A program made the position numbers and the translations under genes. The notes under the pieces were generated by a model, which worked only from the letters and a program-made list of their open reading frames with translations, made no database searches and was not told the origin of the DNA. This document shows positions 25,301 to 37,560 of a stretch of 64,000 nucleotides of DNA, in pieces. Source of the stretch: Isurus oxyrinchus (lineage: Eukaryota); assembly GCA_026770705.1 (NCBI GenBank), contig JANJGN010000014.1:70866001-70930000 (forward strand), given 5' to 3'. Numbering within the stretch: position 1 is the stretch's first letter; each line of letters begins with the position of its first letter.

Positions 25301-26109
25301 GTGATTGCTTGTTTGCAAATGGATATTTCTGGCTGACCCTGTGTAGATACTGTATATGTTAAAGATCAAGATTAAACGCCAAGCAAGCCGGTTGAAAATA
25401 TTGCAATATTGCGTTCCACTTGATCCGCTGCATGGCATTGACTGTACTGTAGTTCCTTAAAATATTTTCAAGATTGCTGAAACCTGTCAAGTATAACACA
25501 CAATTGGGACCCACGAGTCTTTACTACTTATAACTCTACCGTTTATACAAATGTTAGTTTAGCTCTTACCCCTTGGTGAGATGTGAAAATGTGTGGATGA
25601 ACATTTTGAAGATTGTTGATCATCGGTTGAATTGTTTTTTTAAAATTCCGTGGCTAAATAAATGCAAATATTGCTTCGTGCCGCTCCTTCGGCTTGTGAG
25701 ATTTAAATTATAGGCATCATGTTGGAAAGAGGTCTGTAATTTCTGTGCGTATAGATAATTGATGGGACCAGTCTATTAATTATTGCAGCTACATGTTAGT
25801 ACTCTAAAGGAATCTGTTTCTCCGAGAGCGAAGGTCGATTACTAGCTATCTGCAATTCAAAATGAGTAAACTAAGCTCGTGAACAAATTATCTGGAGAAT
25901 CTTTAGGCACTGGTCATTTTCATCGTTGCCGAGTTTAAATAGACGGGAAAATATGTTATGGTTCTTCATATCTGTCCTATTTAGGATAAATGACAATTGT
26001 GACGAGTTTTAAAGTGTTAACGAACCTAATTGAATTAGTTGCCACAAATAATTTAACATAGATTATAATGATTTCACTTTCCATTATATATTAGAATATT
26101 AACAAGAAA

Positions 26110-26416
26110 GAAATAATTTACGTTTATTCAAAGCCCTTCTGACCTCACGATGCCCCAAAGCACTTTGCTGCTAAATGACATGTGGTCACTGCTGTGGTTT
26201 TGGGAAAGGCAGCAGTTAATTTGCGCACAGTAAGATCGCAGGAAAAGCAGTCTGACCATGTTGATTTTTTTCCTGCCCCCACAGGTCTAATTTTGGTGGC
26301 TTTGGTTGATGGATAAATATTAGCCAGGACACTGGAGAACGCCCTGCTGTCCCTTGAATAGTGCCATAGGATATTTCGGGTGCACCTGAGAGCTCAGATA
26401 AGGTTTAGTTTAACAC
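26110..26416 (-). mobile_element. SINE 3' part, interrupted by CR1 (5' part at ~27690-27815)
   Basis: L2-type tail and body (GGTTGATGGATAAATATTAGCCAGGACACTGG...AATAGTGCCATAGGAT). The sequence resumes after the CR1 as CATCTCCGAAAG...GTGGGGCTTAAACCC. Confidence 0.6.
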
Positions 26417-26424
26417 TTTGACCC

Positions 26425-27680
26425 CTGATTCGGAAGAGTCAGCATGGACTTGTTAAAGGAAAATCGTGTCTAACTAACTTGATGGAGTTTTTTGGTGAGG
26501 TATCAGAAATGATTGATGAGGGCAAGGCCGTTGATGTGGTGCATATGGACTTCCAAAAGGTATTCGATACAGTGCCACACAACAGACTTGTGAGGAAAGT
26601 CATAGGTCATAGAATAAAGGAGACAGCAACAACGTGGATACAAAATTGGCTGAGGGATAGGAAACAGAGAGTAATGAGTATTTTTCGGGCTGGACCAAGG
26701 TTTGTAGTAGAGTTCCCCAGAGAACAGTATTGGCACCCTTGTTTTTCCTGATATATAAAAAATCTAGATCTTGGTGTGCAGGGGACAATTTCAAAGTTTG
26801 CAGATGTCACAAATCTTGGGAGAATTATAAACTATGAGAACAGTGTAGAACTTCAAAAGGACATTAACACATTGATGGAGTGGGCAGATAGGTGACAGAT
26901 GAAGTTCAATGCGGAGAAGTGTGAGGTGCTACACTTTGGTACAAAGAACATGGAGAGACAATATAAAATAAAGGATTTGCAGGAGCAGAGACCTGGGTAT
27001 ATATGTACATAAATAAGTAAAGGTGGTAGGACAGGTAGAGAGCTGTTTCTAAAGCATACAGTATTCTAGGTTTCATTAATAGGGACATAGAGTACAAAAG
27101 CAGGGAGGTTGTGATGAACTTATATAAGACACTGGTTAGACCTTAGCTGGAGTATTGTGTACAGTTCTGGGTGCCACACTATAGTGAAGAATTGGAGAGA
27201 GTGCAGAAGAGGTTTACCAGAATGGTTCCAGGGGTGAGACACTTCTGCTATGAGGCAAGATTGGAGAAGTTGGGACTGTTTTCCTTGCAGAGGAGAAGGC
27301 TAGAAGAGACTTGATAGAAGATTTCAAAATCACGAGGGGCCCGGACAGACTAGATAGGGAGAAACTGTTCCTGCTCGTAAACAGATCGAGAACCAGAGTA
27401 TAGTGTTAAAGTGTTTTACAAAGGAAGCAAATGAGAGGTGAGAAAAATATTTTTCACACAGCGAGTGGTTCGGGTCTGGAATACACAGCCTGGAAGGGTG
27501 GTGGAGGCAGGTTCAATTGAGGCATCCAAGAGGGCATTAGATGATTATCTAAATAGAAACAATGTGCAGGGTTACGTGGAAAAGGCAGGAGATTGACACT
27601 AAGTTAAAATGCTCAGAGAGCTGATGCAGACACTATGGGCCGAATGGCCTCCTTCTACACCGTAACAACTGTATGAACCT
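26425..27680 (+). mobile_element. 5'-truncated CR1 LINE
   Basis: SQHGLVKGKSCLTNLMEFF...KAVDVVHMDFQKVFDTVPH, KFADVT, and LEYCVQFW motifs, followed by a CR1 3' UTR shared with 13640-13766. Confidence 0.92.
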
Positions 27681-28589
27681 GTTGTTCTGAGCATCTCCGA
27701 AAGAAGATCATGGCATCCTTTTAGTGCTGCAGCATGCATTATGTGCACAGGATCCTGCAGTGGGGCTTAAACCCTCATCCTTATATCTCAAATGATGTTA
27801 ATGAGCCAAGGCTAATACTCAAATGTAAAATTTATTTGGTAGCAGGTAAATAATGTTGAAACTCCGACCAAAGTATTTGGATACATTTTCTTTAACGAAT
27901 GAGTAAGCCGCACAATACATTTGTAATAATGAGTAGGCAGTCACGGTAGACCATTGCAAGAGGAGTACAGTTACAATAGAGCTTCTGACTAAGCATTGAG
28001 TGGACCTGAAAATATCTGATTTAATTATTGGAACTGCATTCACCATACCGAATTGTAGTTGAGCAATACCGGAGGAGTCATCACAGCGAGTCACCTCTGA
28101 ATTATGGTAGCTGCAGTGTAAGTATGTGATTTCACGTGGCAGCGCTTTAACACGAGTCTCACATTTAAAAAATACCTCCACATGATTGTGTACAGTTAAA
28201 AAATACCTTGTATTATCCAATTGGCTCATTACGCATATAAAATGGGAATTTAGCTGGAATTACCTGGTGATTTTTCTTAACTAGAAGTAAATTATCTTTG
28301 ATAGAAATAGTAATATTTATAACAACAGACAGATATGGAAAATTCGGGAAACGAACTGTTGAGTGTAATGGTGCAAACATTGTTCAAAACACTGGTTAGA
28401 AATAGAATGCTCTTATTTGATTAATAAGTACATGAATCTACAAAGTATTTCTAAAAAAATGATGTCAGCGACTGCAAATTACCTTTATGTTAGTAATAAA
28501 AAAACACACACATAAATCTAAACCCGGAAACAAAAGCTTGCTTTTTGTTTTAAATTATATTTTTGTGCTGGGGATTGAATTGCTTTTAC

Positions 28590-28895
28590 TTTAGGCATCC
28601 GGTGTCAGCATCAAACACTTCCAGGTCGGAATTAAAGCTTCGCTCGATTTTGCACGAGATGACTGGTTCCTCTATTTCCCACACTACATGCATGGCCTCT
28701 CTGACTGAGCTATCAATTAGTACCGAATTAGACAGTTTTGTGCTACACGTCGGTGCCAAATGGATCCTGAATGGAGACTGCCCAAACTCCCTTTAGCCAG
28801 GGCCCTTATAAACTCATTACATCTGACAGCACTGGATTTGAGTTTAGGTGCCAGAGGTGAAAGGTCAATGCCTAATCAACTAGACCAACCCTTAC
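28590..28895 (-). mobile_element. Possible ancient tRNA-derived SINE
   Basis: Minus strand GGTTGGTCTAGTTGATTAGGCATTGACCTTTCACCTCTGGCACCTAAACTCAAATCCAG at ~28830-28890 looks like a decayed tRNA head. Family not identified. Confidence 0.4.
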
Positions 28896-29973
28896 CCAGT
28901 AAACTTCACATGTTTCGTGAACATATGTTGTTTGGGAAATGAATTGACAGGTTAATGCTTCCTGGCTGTTTTACTTTAAGTGTTTAATATGCCTCAGAAA
29001 GGAAAGGTCGGTACATTCTCGCGCCTATGGGTATCCCAGCCTGGTTTGATAGGTAACACTTCATTTGAGATTACGTATATAATACAAAATAATTTGTGGA
29101 CCCAAATTGACGATTGGCGAGTGAAATAAACACACGATCCTATTTGCAAGCCAGAACCCACTATCTGGGGTGAACTGTACTATAACGATTAAAGCATGCA
29201 AATGTGAGCCAATACTTGCACAGAAAGGAGGCAAAGACGTTTATTTAAGACGGAATATAAAACGCGAAGCAGATCAGACCTTGTTCACCTCATTTACTCC
29301 AAAATCACGTTGTTTTCGATTCCAACGATTCATTTCTCTCTAAAAGTTATGAAGATCCGCGAAATCTTCTTACAGTTTAATGATGCACTCGGGCATCCTG
29401 GTAGCACACATAATAGGCCCAAGGTTAAACGAACGGCAGTGCTCTGGAAATATTATGGTATCATTTCTCTGTAGTTCTACTATTAGGTCGCATCCGACAA
29501 CATATACCCGATTATTTAATTTATTTTCACAATTTGTGCTAGGAACATGCAGAAACATTCCAACCCCACGCTTATGAACTTCTGTTAAATAAACGTTTGA
29601 AAGTTCATTAAGAGACGCATATACAAGGTATACATGATTTTCAGGTGACTGGCTTTTTAAAATGTATCCATCATAAGGCTTACATCAATTAGCGCCTGGC
29701 ATATCGAGATTCAACGCATTTGTCTTTGCAAAAGGAGAATGGGGATGTGAAACTTATTACTTTGCATTTAGCAGATATTAAACTGATTGTCGGGAAGAAC
29801 TTGGTTATATTAAGTACACTAACACAGTAAAATTTAGATTAATCCATACACGATCAGAATATACTGGATTCAAAATATGAGTTCAAACTTCTGCTCTATA
29901 AAAAGCAAACCTTTCTCTTAAAGAAAATGGTTATACTAAGTAAAACTTAACTGCCAAACCTTTCTTACAAACT

Positions 29974-30075
29974 CAAAACAAAAACAGAATTACCTGGAAA
30001 AACTCAGCAGGTCTGGCAGCATCGGCGGAGAAGAAAAGAGTTGACGTTCCGAGTCCTCATGACCCTTCGACCGAA
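29974..30075 (+). mobile_element. Young short insertion with 14-bp TSD
   Basis: Flanked by CTTTCTTACAAACT at 29960-29973 and 30076-30089. The body is nearly identical to 32006-32100. Confidence 0.9.
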
Positions 30076-31169
30076 CTTTCTTACAAACTTCCGCACGTTT
30101 AGATTACTGGCCAGTTCTGCTTATCCTGTACTTCATGTTCTATTTTCTTCAGCTTTACCGATTTTAATGAAATATTAAATGTACTGATTTTACATATTGA
30201 GCCATTTAGTCCGTAGTTGACATCCAGTTTTTAACCAAGCTGAAAATATTCTGGTAAATTAGGATTGTGCTCGTTAGGGCATTCCTCTAGGTTGGACAAT
30301 TTTAATGCAAAGACAGAGACCTTTATCCTACTGTTTCTGTGCCTAATGCTATGCAATATCATAACCAATCCCAGCAGCAGAGGCAGATACTGCAATTAAC
30401 TCTTGCTGTTCGGCTGCCACAATGCAACATGCCTGTAACAAATTAACCTTTTCACCGTCCTGGCAGATTACATAGTCATTTTCATAATGGTTATTTTTTG
30501 CAGAACGAATCTAAAATTGAATAATCAGCCACAAGATAGCCGATTGATTGTTTTAGAAACTATTTTGGAGCCCCAATACGATTTACGACAAGTAAACGTC
30601 ACGCACACAATATGTTTCAAAGGGCGAAGTGGAGCGACTTAACGAAACACGTGCCCGAGATTAGTATCATAAGGAACAGCGTTGATATGACAATGTACAG
30701 CACTGCTTTCAGCTATATCCATTCTGTTGGTTACTTAGCTGAATCAAACTTAGACTGAGCAAATGTTCTGTTTGCATAATTTCTATTTCAATAATCCATG
30801 CAGGGCTAAACTCAGGCAATACAATTCACGTAGCGCCAATTGGCGAAGATTGATTCCTCTCTAGTTACCTGTTGACTTTTTTACTTCAGGTATTTCAAAG
30901 ACAGAGCTACAAATAGAAAGCAAATTGTTAACTATAATTTTAAATGCTCGCACAATATTGAAACCGCTGTTGTTCAACTGCTCACTGTAAGACGAATATA
31001 TGCCAATTAAAACATGTCGCCGCTGTTGATATTTATTTTCTCGTTGCCAGTATCATTAAAAACACAACATGCCTAGTTTGTTGAAGACGGAAAAGTTCGG
31101 AAATATCAAGCGCTGGATCAGAAGCATTTCGCTTTACATAGGATTGCATTGTATAAGAGTGTTAAACGG

Positions 31170-31243
31170 AAAACAAAAAAAAAATACCAGGTATTTCTGT
31201 TTTTGTTTTGGATTTCTGGCATCCGCAGTTTTTTGTTTTTATC
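31170..31243 (-). mobile_element. Short insertion of the same family with 14-bp TSD
   Basis: Flanked by AGAGTGTTAAACGG at 31156-31169 and 31244-31257. The body matches 32180-32233. Confidence 0.88.
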
Positions 31244-32005
31244 AGAGTGTTAAACGGGACTGAAGTCACTTCGATTCGATACATTTTTATGAAGACCACG
31301 TAATGAAATTATTTTATACCGCACTGTTATCGACTGTAACCTACAGAGCTAGTGTGATAGGTAACTTGTCATTGGTGGGATTGGATTTCCCCAGTTTACT
31401 GTAAGCACATGAAGTGTTTACGACAAACAAGTGTTAATACACATACTGTATTTAATTATATCGCTTAACTCGAACCGATTTGATTTCTGTCAACAAGTTG
31501 AATTTCTGGCCTCCTAAATTTACTTGGAGCACATGAATGTGCAAATGATTACTGAGGAGCACAATATAACAACTAATTATTCAAGGAGTGCGTCAGTCCG
31601 GTGACAATTGCAATGTAGATAAGCACCAATGTAAACAAGCGACAAACGTTGTTGATCAACACTCAGCGTTTGGATGATCTGCATGTTAAGCAAGTGGAGA
31701 CCCAATGAGTCGCTGCTACTCAGCTTCATCGCCCTACCCGTTGTTCCAATTGGCTGGAAACTGCTGCCACACCTGTCAGTTATGTTCGCTTTCGGGAACG
31801 CCCCGATAATGTTTATATTCATTAGATGTTTCTAGGGTAAAGAGATAAAGTTTAAGGAAAACGGAGAGAATGTCTGATATGGAATGATTTTATGAATGCT
31901 GTTGCAGTCCAGTTTGTGCCAGAGAACCTCTTTATTGGCTGCAGCATGCCTTCTATGCAGCACTGACTGACAATGCCACTACAACCCTAACAAAAAATAC
32001 ATGTT

Positions 32006-32233
32006 ACAGAATTACCTGGAAAAACTCAGCAGGTCTGGCAGCATCGGCGGAGAAGAAAAGAGTTGACGTTTCGAGTCCTCATGACCCTTCAACAGAGAAC
32101 GTTCTGTCGAAGGGTCATGAGGACTCGAAAAGTCAACTCTTTTCTTCTCCGCCGATGCTGCCAGACCTTCTGAGTTTTTCCAGGTAATTCTGTTTTTGTT
32201 TTGGATTTCCAGCATCCGCAGTTTTTTGTTTTT
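32006..32233. mobile_element. Palindromic insertion of the same family with 14-bp TSD
   Basis: Inverted arms 32006-32100 and 32101-32193. Flanked by AAAAAATACATGTT at 31992-32005 and 32234-32247. Confidence 0.92.
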
Positions 32234-32390
32234 AAAAAATACATGTTTCCTGCTCCAACATGTACGTCCCATCTGTATATATAATCTGTGCTGTAACCAG
32301 TTTATGATTGTATGGTGCTAAATGATATGTTTTTATTGCAGCAAACGAAATTTAGAATAACCTAGTTAATCTTTCAATCCATCATAATTT

Positions 32391-32480
32391 AGGGCGCGGT
32401 TAGCTCAGTTGGTTAGATGGTATATGGATCAGATTAATGCCAGCAGCATGGGGTTCGAGCCCGTTCCGGCTGAGGCAGAC
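32391..32480 (+). mobile_element. tRNA-derived SINE head
   Basis: GGTTAGCTCAGTTGGTTAGA (A box) and GGGTTCGAGCCC (B box), but the middle does not fold as a normal anticodon arm. Confidence 0.6.
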
Positions 32481-32729
32481 TCAGGCCTAGATTCCCACTC
32501 TACCAGTATTAAAAATCACGGCACTTTGCAATGGTTTAGAGAACTCAAGCAGTCGAACTTAATAATTTGGAGAAAAATTGTTATAGGGAACAAACAGCAG
32601 AATAAACAATATTAGAGCATAACTCATAAATGTTATGACCTCAATGTTTGCCATGAACACAATAGATTAGTGACATTTTGTGCGTCAGTCATAAAGTAAC
32701 ATTAGTTATTCATTTATGCAGTACTACAA

Positions 32730-32742
32730 TGAACTTTGACCT
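32730..32742 (-). promoter_or_regulatory. Nuclear-receptor DR1 element AGGTCA-A-AGTTCA
   Basis: TGAACT T TGACCT read directly on the plus strand. Confidence 0.5.
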
Positions 32743-32928
32743 TTAAGACTATCTAAAGATAAGATGTGTGCATTGCTTTAATTTGTGTATTCAAACGTTA
32801 AAAACAAATTGGTGGGAAAAGAACAAACATATATTTCATGCCTGTTATTTAAAAATCTGTACTAATACATTGATCGCAACAGAAATGGAAGAAAACTAAG
32901 GATCGATCTAGATCGTTTTGTTTTCTCA

Positions 32929-32945
32929 TGAACTTTCAGTGAACC
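32929..32945 (-). promoter_or_regulatory. DR5 retinoic-acid response element 3' of HoxD1 (GGTTCA ctgaa AGTTCA)
   Basis: TGAACT TTCAG TGAACC on the plus strand, ~3.1 kb beyond the HoxD1 stop codon. Consensus RAR/RXR DR5. Confidence 0.8.
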
Positions 32946-35900
32946 TGGTGCTTGGGGGTGGGATCGGTGGGATGCCTGCTATGGTTCACCCTTCTACAAC
33001 CCCTTTCAGGCAGAGTAAATATTGAATAGTCCTTCCGCTCTGTGCAGAAGTAAAATTGGATATCAAACAAGTGCAAACGACTATTGTGACCCTTACAATA
33101 CAGTCACAGTTACGAACAGTTTTCGTATTGTGCTAACAAAATCCCTGGCATCCCCCACCTCTTCAGGGGCTTTAGGGAATAATCAGGACTGGGATCAGAG
33201 GTATGATAACATAAAAGCGAACAATAGGCGCCTAACAGCAAGGGACAAGACAAAAGACCTGCAAGTTTATAACATGCAATCGCGCCAGGATATGCCATTT
33301 CCCGAGGCAGAACCTTCTTCAGACTCTCAAAAATACCCGATTTTAAAACCACTCTTCTGGCCTGCATGAAGCATGCGCCGCTGCTTAAAAGCAAAATAAA
33401 CATTATGTGCAATCAGGTTTTAGATAAAACAAGTATTTTCTGGGCACATTACAGTACAACGATTGCCTATTGCGAGCCACCATCAAAGAATCGCGGATTC
33501 TATATCAAAGATACCCGAGCTGATTCCCAAGGAGATCATTGTAAATTTTACGACTTCAGCAGTTCTTTGAAATGCCGCTTCTCAGGGACCGCTGAGTGTT
33601 ATTTTAGTGGAACTGTAATTAACACAAGGTTGTTAAGACCAAATGGCCGAAACGTTTGAGAAAAAATAGGCATGTTCATTTGTGTCGCTACCCTCTGTGT
33701 GTTAGACAACATGTGGTTGACCTGGAATATGTACTGACATTCAGAGTTGTGATTCACTAGTTGAAGTCATACACAAATACAGGAAAGCAAAAGCCAAAAT
33801 CCAGCAGATTATCAAAATTGAAGCGATTTGTGTTCAATCGTTACAGTGGTCACCTTGCCTTGCCTCACAAAAAGCTAAAGCTCAATGTTCAAACAAACTT
33901 AAAGTGAAGACTAAGAATGAGATTTTGTGTGTATTTTAAATGCATTGATCATAACTAAGCTATCTAAAGCTTGTTTTAACTTAGTGTACACGTTTAAAAA
34001 TATGTTCACTTTTGTACAAACGTATACGTTTTATCCTAGTATCATTCCTACATGACACCGTGACTACGCTTCAAATTTTTATTGCCTGGAAAGCCCTTTG
34101 AAACGTCCTGAAGTCATGAAATGCATTATATACATCGATTTCACACCGATAGAGTATAGGCTCAATTTCAGGTAATGTCAAACGTATCGATGAGCCAGTA
34201 AATGGTTGCTCGAAATTCCTATTAGTACCATTATTATATAAAACAAAAGTAACAAATTGTAACAAAAGTTCAATCAGCTGATTAAATTGCTGTGCTATCT
34301 TTAAGCGAGCACTGAGTCAGTACAAAATTGACCAATGATCATCTTTGAGTGTAGTTTGACCTTTAAACTAGTGACAGCATTATCCACAGCAAGTCACCAG
34401 GGGGAATTATAATTCAAATACGACTGTGATAAGTTAACAGTAATTTTAAACTTATATTACGATTTTGACAAACTGTGTCAGCTGAAATGTTTGGGATTAA
34501 CCAGCAAAATACTGTTTTTGCATTTTAAGGGTCTAAATAGAATGATGAAGATTCTCTTTTTTTTTCCAGAGGTCAACTACCACCGCTGTTTGACTTACTC
34601 TCCTGTCCAATACTAATGAGAGGCAGCTTCTGTCTAAAGCTGTGTGACATAGCTAAGGCATATTTAGCTCATCAGCATATAGATGGAAACCAATTCAACA
34701 GAACAAACAAGTCTCAAATTTTGTTCAATTGATTAGGAAATTGAATGAATGTTTTCCCTCTTGTATTGATCATTAGGCTGAAAGTTGCTGAGCAAAGATA
34801 TTTAATCCAAGTGGACTCATTGTAACTTGTTAATAATGCAAAAGCCCGCTTCGTTCTTGGCTTTAGGGAGGGAGAGGAGAGCTGTCACTAAATATATTAT
34901 CCAAAAATGGTTTTGCTTAAACTAAAGTTACTAACAGGAATAACAATAAATGATAAATGTTAAAATCTCCCATTTCAACTCCAACCAACCACATTTTAAT
35001 AACAGAATCATAAAATCACTGGTTGAGCTAAAATGATCAAGATTCATCTGAAAGTGGGAGACTAGCCTTCTTGCTTGTTTTCTCTATCAGTGTATGAAAT
35101 TCAGTTAATACTAGTTGAGTCATACATTTTGGTACATATTTGCATTGAACTGATAAATATTTCCTTAATGTACATTCCAGGTCAAAGTGAATGTCTTGGC
35201 CAAACCCTCGAGTCCAATTCAAGGTTGTACTTACAGAAAATTCGGGAGGTTTGAAAGCATTAAATGTATTCTGATATATTTTATTCCACGGCCTTTGCAT
35301 GTTCTTACCATTGGACATTATTTTGTACAATCTCAGTTACTAAAACTGACGAACCGTTTCCGATGGAGAATAGATTAAATTACAAGCTTTTAAGTCAATT
35401 CATCATAGAGCAGAATACAACATGACCAGTCTTTAAAATACAGTGATAAGTATCACAGAGGTAGTGTAGCCAAGTAACATATTTACTAATGAAATAATGC
35501 TAGATAGGCACAGTGTTACATAGCAGCAACCGCAACCTTTCAACCTGAGGCAAAATTGTGCAAACTCCACTCATTGAGGAGTTATGTCGAACATGCTACG
35601 TTACATTCGTCAATGTCATCACACATAAATCAATAAAAAATACAGAAATATGTAAACAATTTCCTTTATGCAAGTAACAGTCTTAGCAAGGCAGTTCATA
35701 GCAAAAACCTGGTAAGTTGTGGCAGCTTGTTGTTGAGACTTTATTTACAAAGGCTGAGTCACTGCCTGTGCAAACGTGTTAAGAAAAGAAACTCTTTTCA
35801 CACTAGCTGAGGTGATACATTTTGTTTCGCCTTTGCACTTCACTGTTAGTAGTATTTATGGATAAACATTGCAGGTCAAAATGGCGAAAGCCTTTGAGTC

Positions 35901-36072
35901 TATTTCAATATTTTACAGAGTTTAAAATCATCTCAAACCAATATATGCAAATCATCGAGTCTGCATCGCCTGTCGGTAACTTGATAAGATAAAGGTGAAC
36001 GCTTTGGTCATGTGCTAAATGATTCCAGTATTTTCGGCCAACAATGCGTTGAAAGTTAAGGCCGCAAAACAG

Positions 36073-36437
36073 TTACTTCAGTTCAACAAAGTTTGGATTT
36101 TCTGACGAGCTCTTTGTTGACGGGGAAGGTAAAGGCGAGGTAGTGTCCGATTTATCCGAACTTTCTGTGGACGGTGAATCCTGACAATAGTTCACAGGAG
36201 TCAAATTGCCAAGGAGGCCTTCTCTCTCCCTTTTCTTTTGTTTCATCCTCCTGTTCTGGAACCAGATCTTCACCTGGGTTTCACTGAGTTGTAATGCGTT
36301 AGCTATTTCCACACGTCTAGCTCGTGTTAAATATTTGTTAAAATGGAATTCCTTCTCCAGTTCCGTCAACTGTTTGGTGGTGAAATTTGTACGCGCTGTG
36401 CTTGGAGGGCTGGGGACTCCATAGTCACTTGTTTTTG
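36073..36437 (-). CDS. hoxd1: HoxD1 exon 2 (homeodomain)
   Basis: Acceptor TTTTTGTAG at 36438. Encodes [57 protein letters not shown] (paralog group 1). Stop codon at 36073-36075. Confidence 0.95.
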
Positions 36438-36838
36438 CTACAAAAATACATATAATATAGTTAGGCATTGTATTCCAGTGGAATGCACAGAGTTGGTTAG
36501 CTCATTCCTTTCACTGTGCCACACATCACCAACCCCACCCCACCACCGGGAAATGACTGAAAACGGTTCAATTCTCAATGTTATTGCTCAAACACAATTA
36601 ATGACAATGATACAAGCCGGAATAGAAAAACAGTAGGCGAAGCGATTCGAACAGCAGTGCACTTCACCCTTACGAGTCACTTCGTCTCAATATATTGACA
36701 CTCATGTCAATGAAAGGGTTAATACAAAATCACTGCTTTGAATGAATCTTACAGAAGGCCTAGAAATGACAGCGGACAACATCATTAGATACATATATTG
36801 TGCACTTTCAGCTCCAGGTTCTGAGGTGATTGACTGAC

Positions 36839-37403
36839 CTGTTTTAGGAGGATTTCGCTTCACTTTCATCCACTCGAAGGTATTTGCTGTGATGAGTTTC
36901 TGTGATGTGGGAGACTCCGACCTTTGGTAAACGCCCTGACACGTCGACAGGCTCTGATAATGCCCGGGGTAGAAATTTGGGAATTCCTTGCCAGAGGTTT
37001 GGTATTGTTGCTGCTCGCCAAAGTGATTGTTGTACTGGTGCTGGCGCGCAGTGAGCGGAAAAGACGCGCTTCCTGAGTAAACAGAGGTGGTGTATGGGAT
37101 CAGTTCCCCAGTGTCATCCTGCTCCTGGTTAGCAGCAAACGGAAAGTCATAGCCAGTAATGCTCTGAGGTAAGAAGTTAATATCTACGGATGGAGAGGAG
37201 TCGTAAGAAAGTTCGAGAGTAGCAGGCACCGGCTGATGAAGGTGATGATGACTGGGAGATGGATCACCTACCGCTTCATTTGAAACATAGCGACCTTGTC
37301 CGGAGCACTGCTGCAGGGAGGCTCCTGGAGAATTACTGTGACAAAACTTTGGCGAGAAGGTCAGGACGTCTGCACTGGGAATGTATTCTAAGTAAGAGTT
37401 CAT
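36839..37403 (-). CDS. hoxd1: HoxD1 exon 1
   Basis: MNSYLEY...DVLTFSPKFC N-terminus is HoxD1-type. Hexapeptide TFEWMKVKRNPPKT. Phase-1 donor G|GTCAGT at 36838. The spliced CDS is 930 nt (309 aa) with a 401-bp intron. Confidence 0.93.
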
Positions 37404-37516
37404 TCTTCCAATGATGGGTTGGAGCAGAATGAGATGTTTAGCTCTCGCTGATTGTTGTCTCTCCCTGATCACCATAGCAGACCCTTCACTTCCTTTGCAA
37501 AGGAAGTAAATATTCC

Positions 37517-37560
37517 TAATATAGAGCAAGGAAGTCACGTGGCTATGCCCATCCAATCAC
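37517..37560 (-). promoter_or_regulatory. HoxD1 proximal promoter: TATA-like, E-box, CCAAT
   Basis: CTATATTA (minus strand, 37517-37524), GTCACGTG at 37534-37541, CCAAT at 37553-37557. Confidence 0.65.

Noticed and set aside
32391-32480. Functional tRNA gene
   Set aside because: A and B boxes are present but there is no proper anticodon arm or acceptor stem. More consistent with a SINE head.
34393-34408. CTCF-like TCACCAGGGGGA near the 3' cluster edge
   Set aside because: Only a partial match, lacking the GGCGC/GGCAG end. Cannot be supported without a PWM scan or ChIP.
36702-37556. 284-aa single-exon ORF as the HoxD1 product
   Set aside because: It starts at a TTG inside the promoter and runs into the intron. 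The spliced model (37403-36839 plus 36437-36073) restores the hexapeptide-homeodomain junction.
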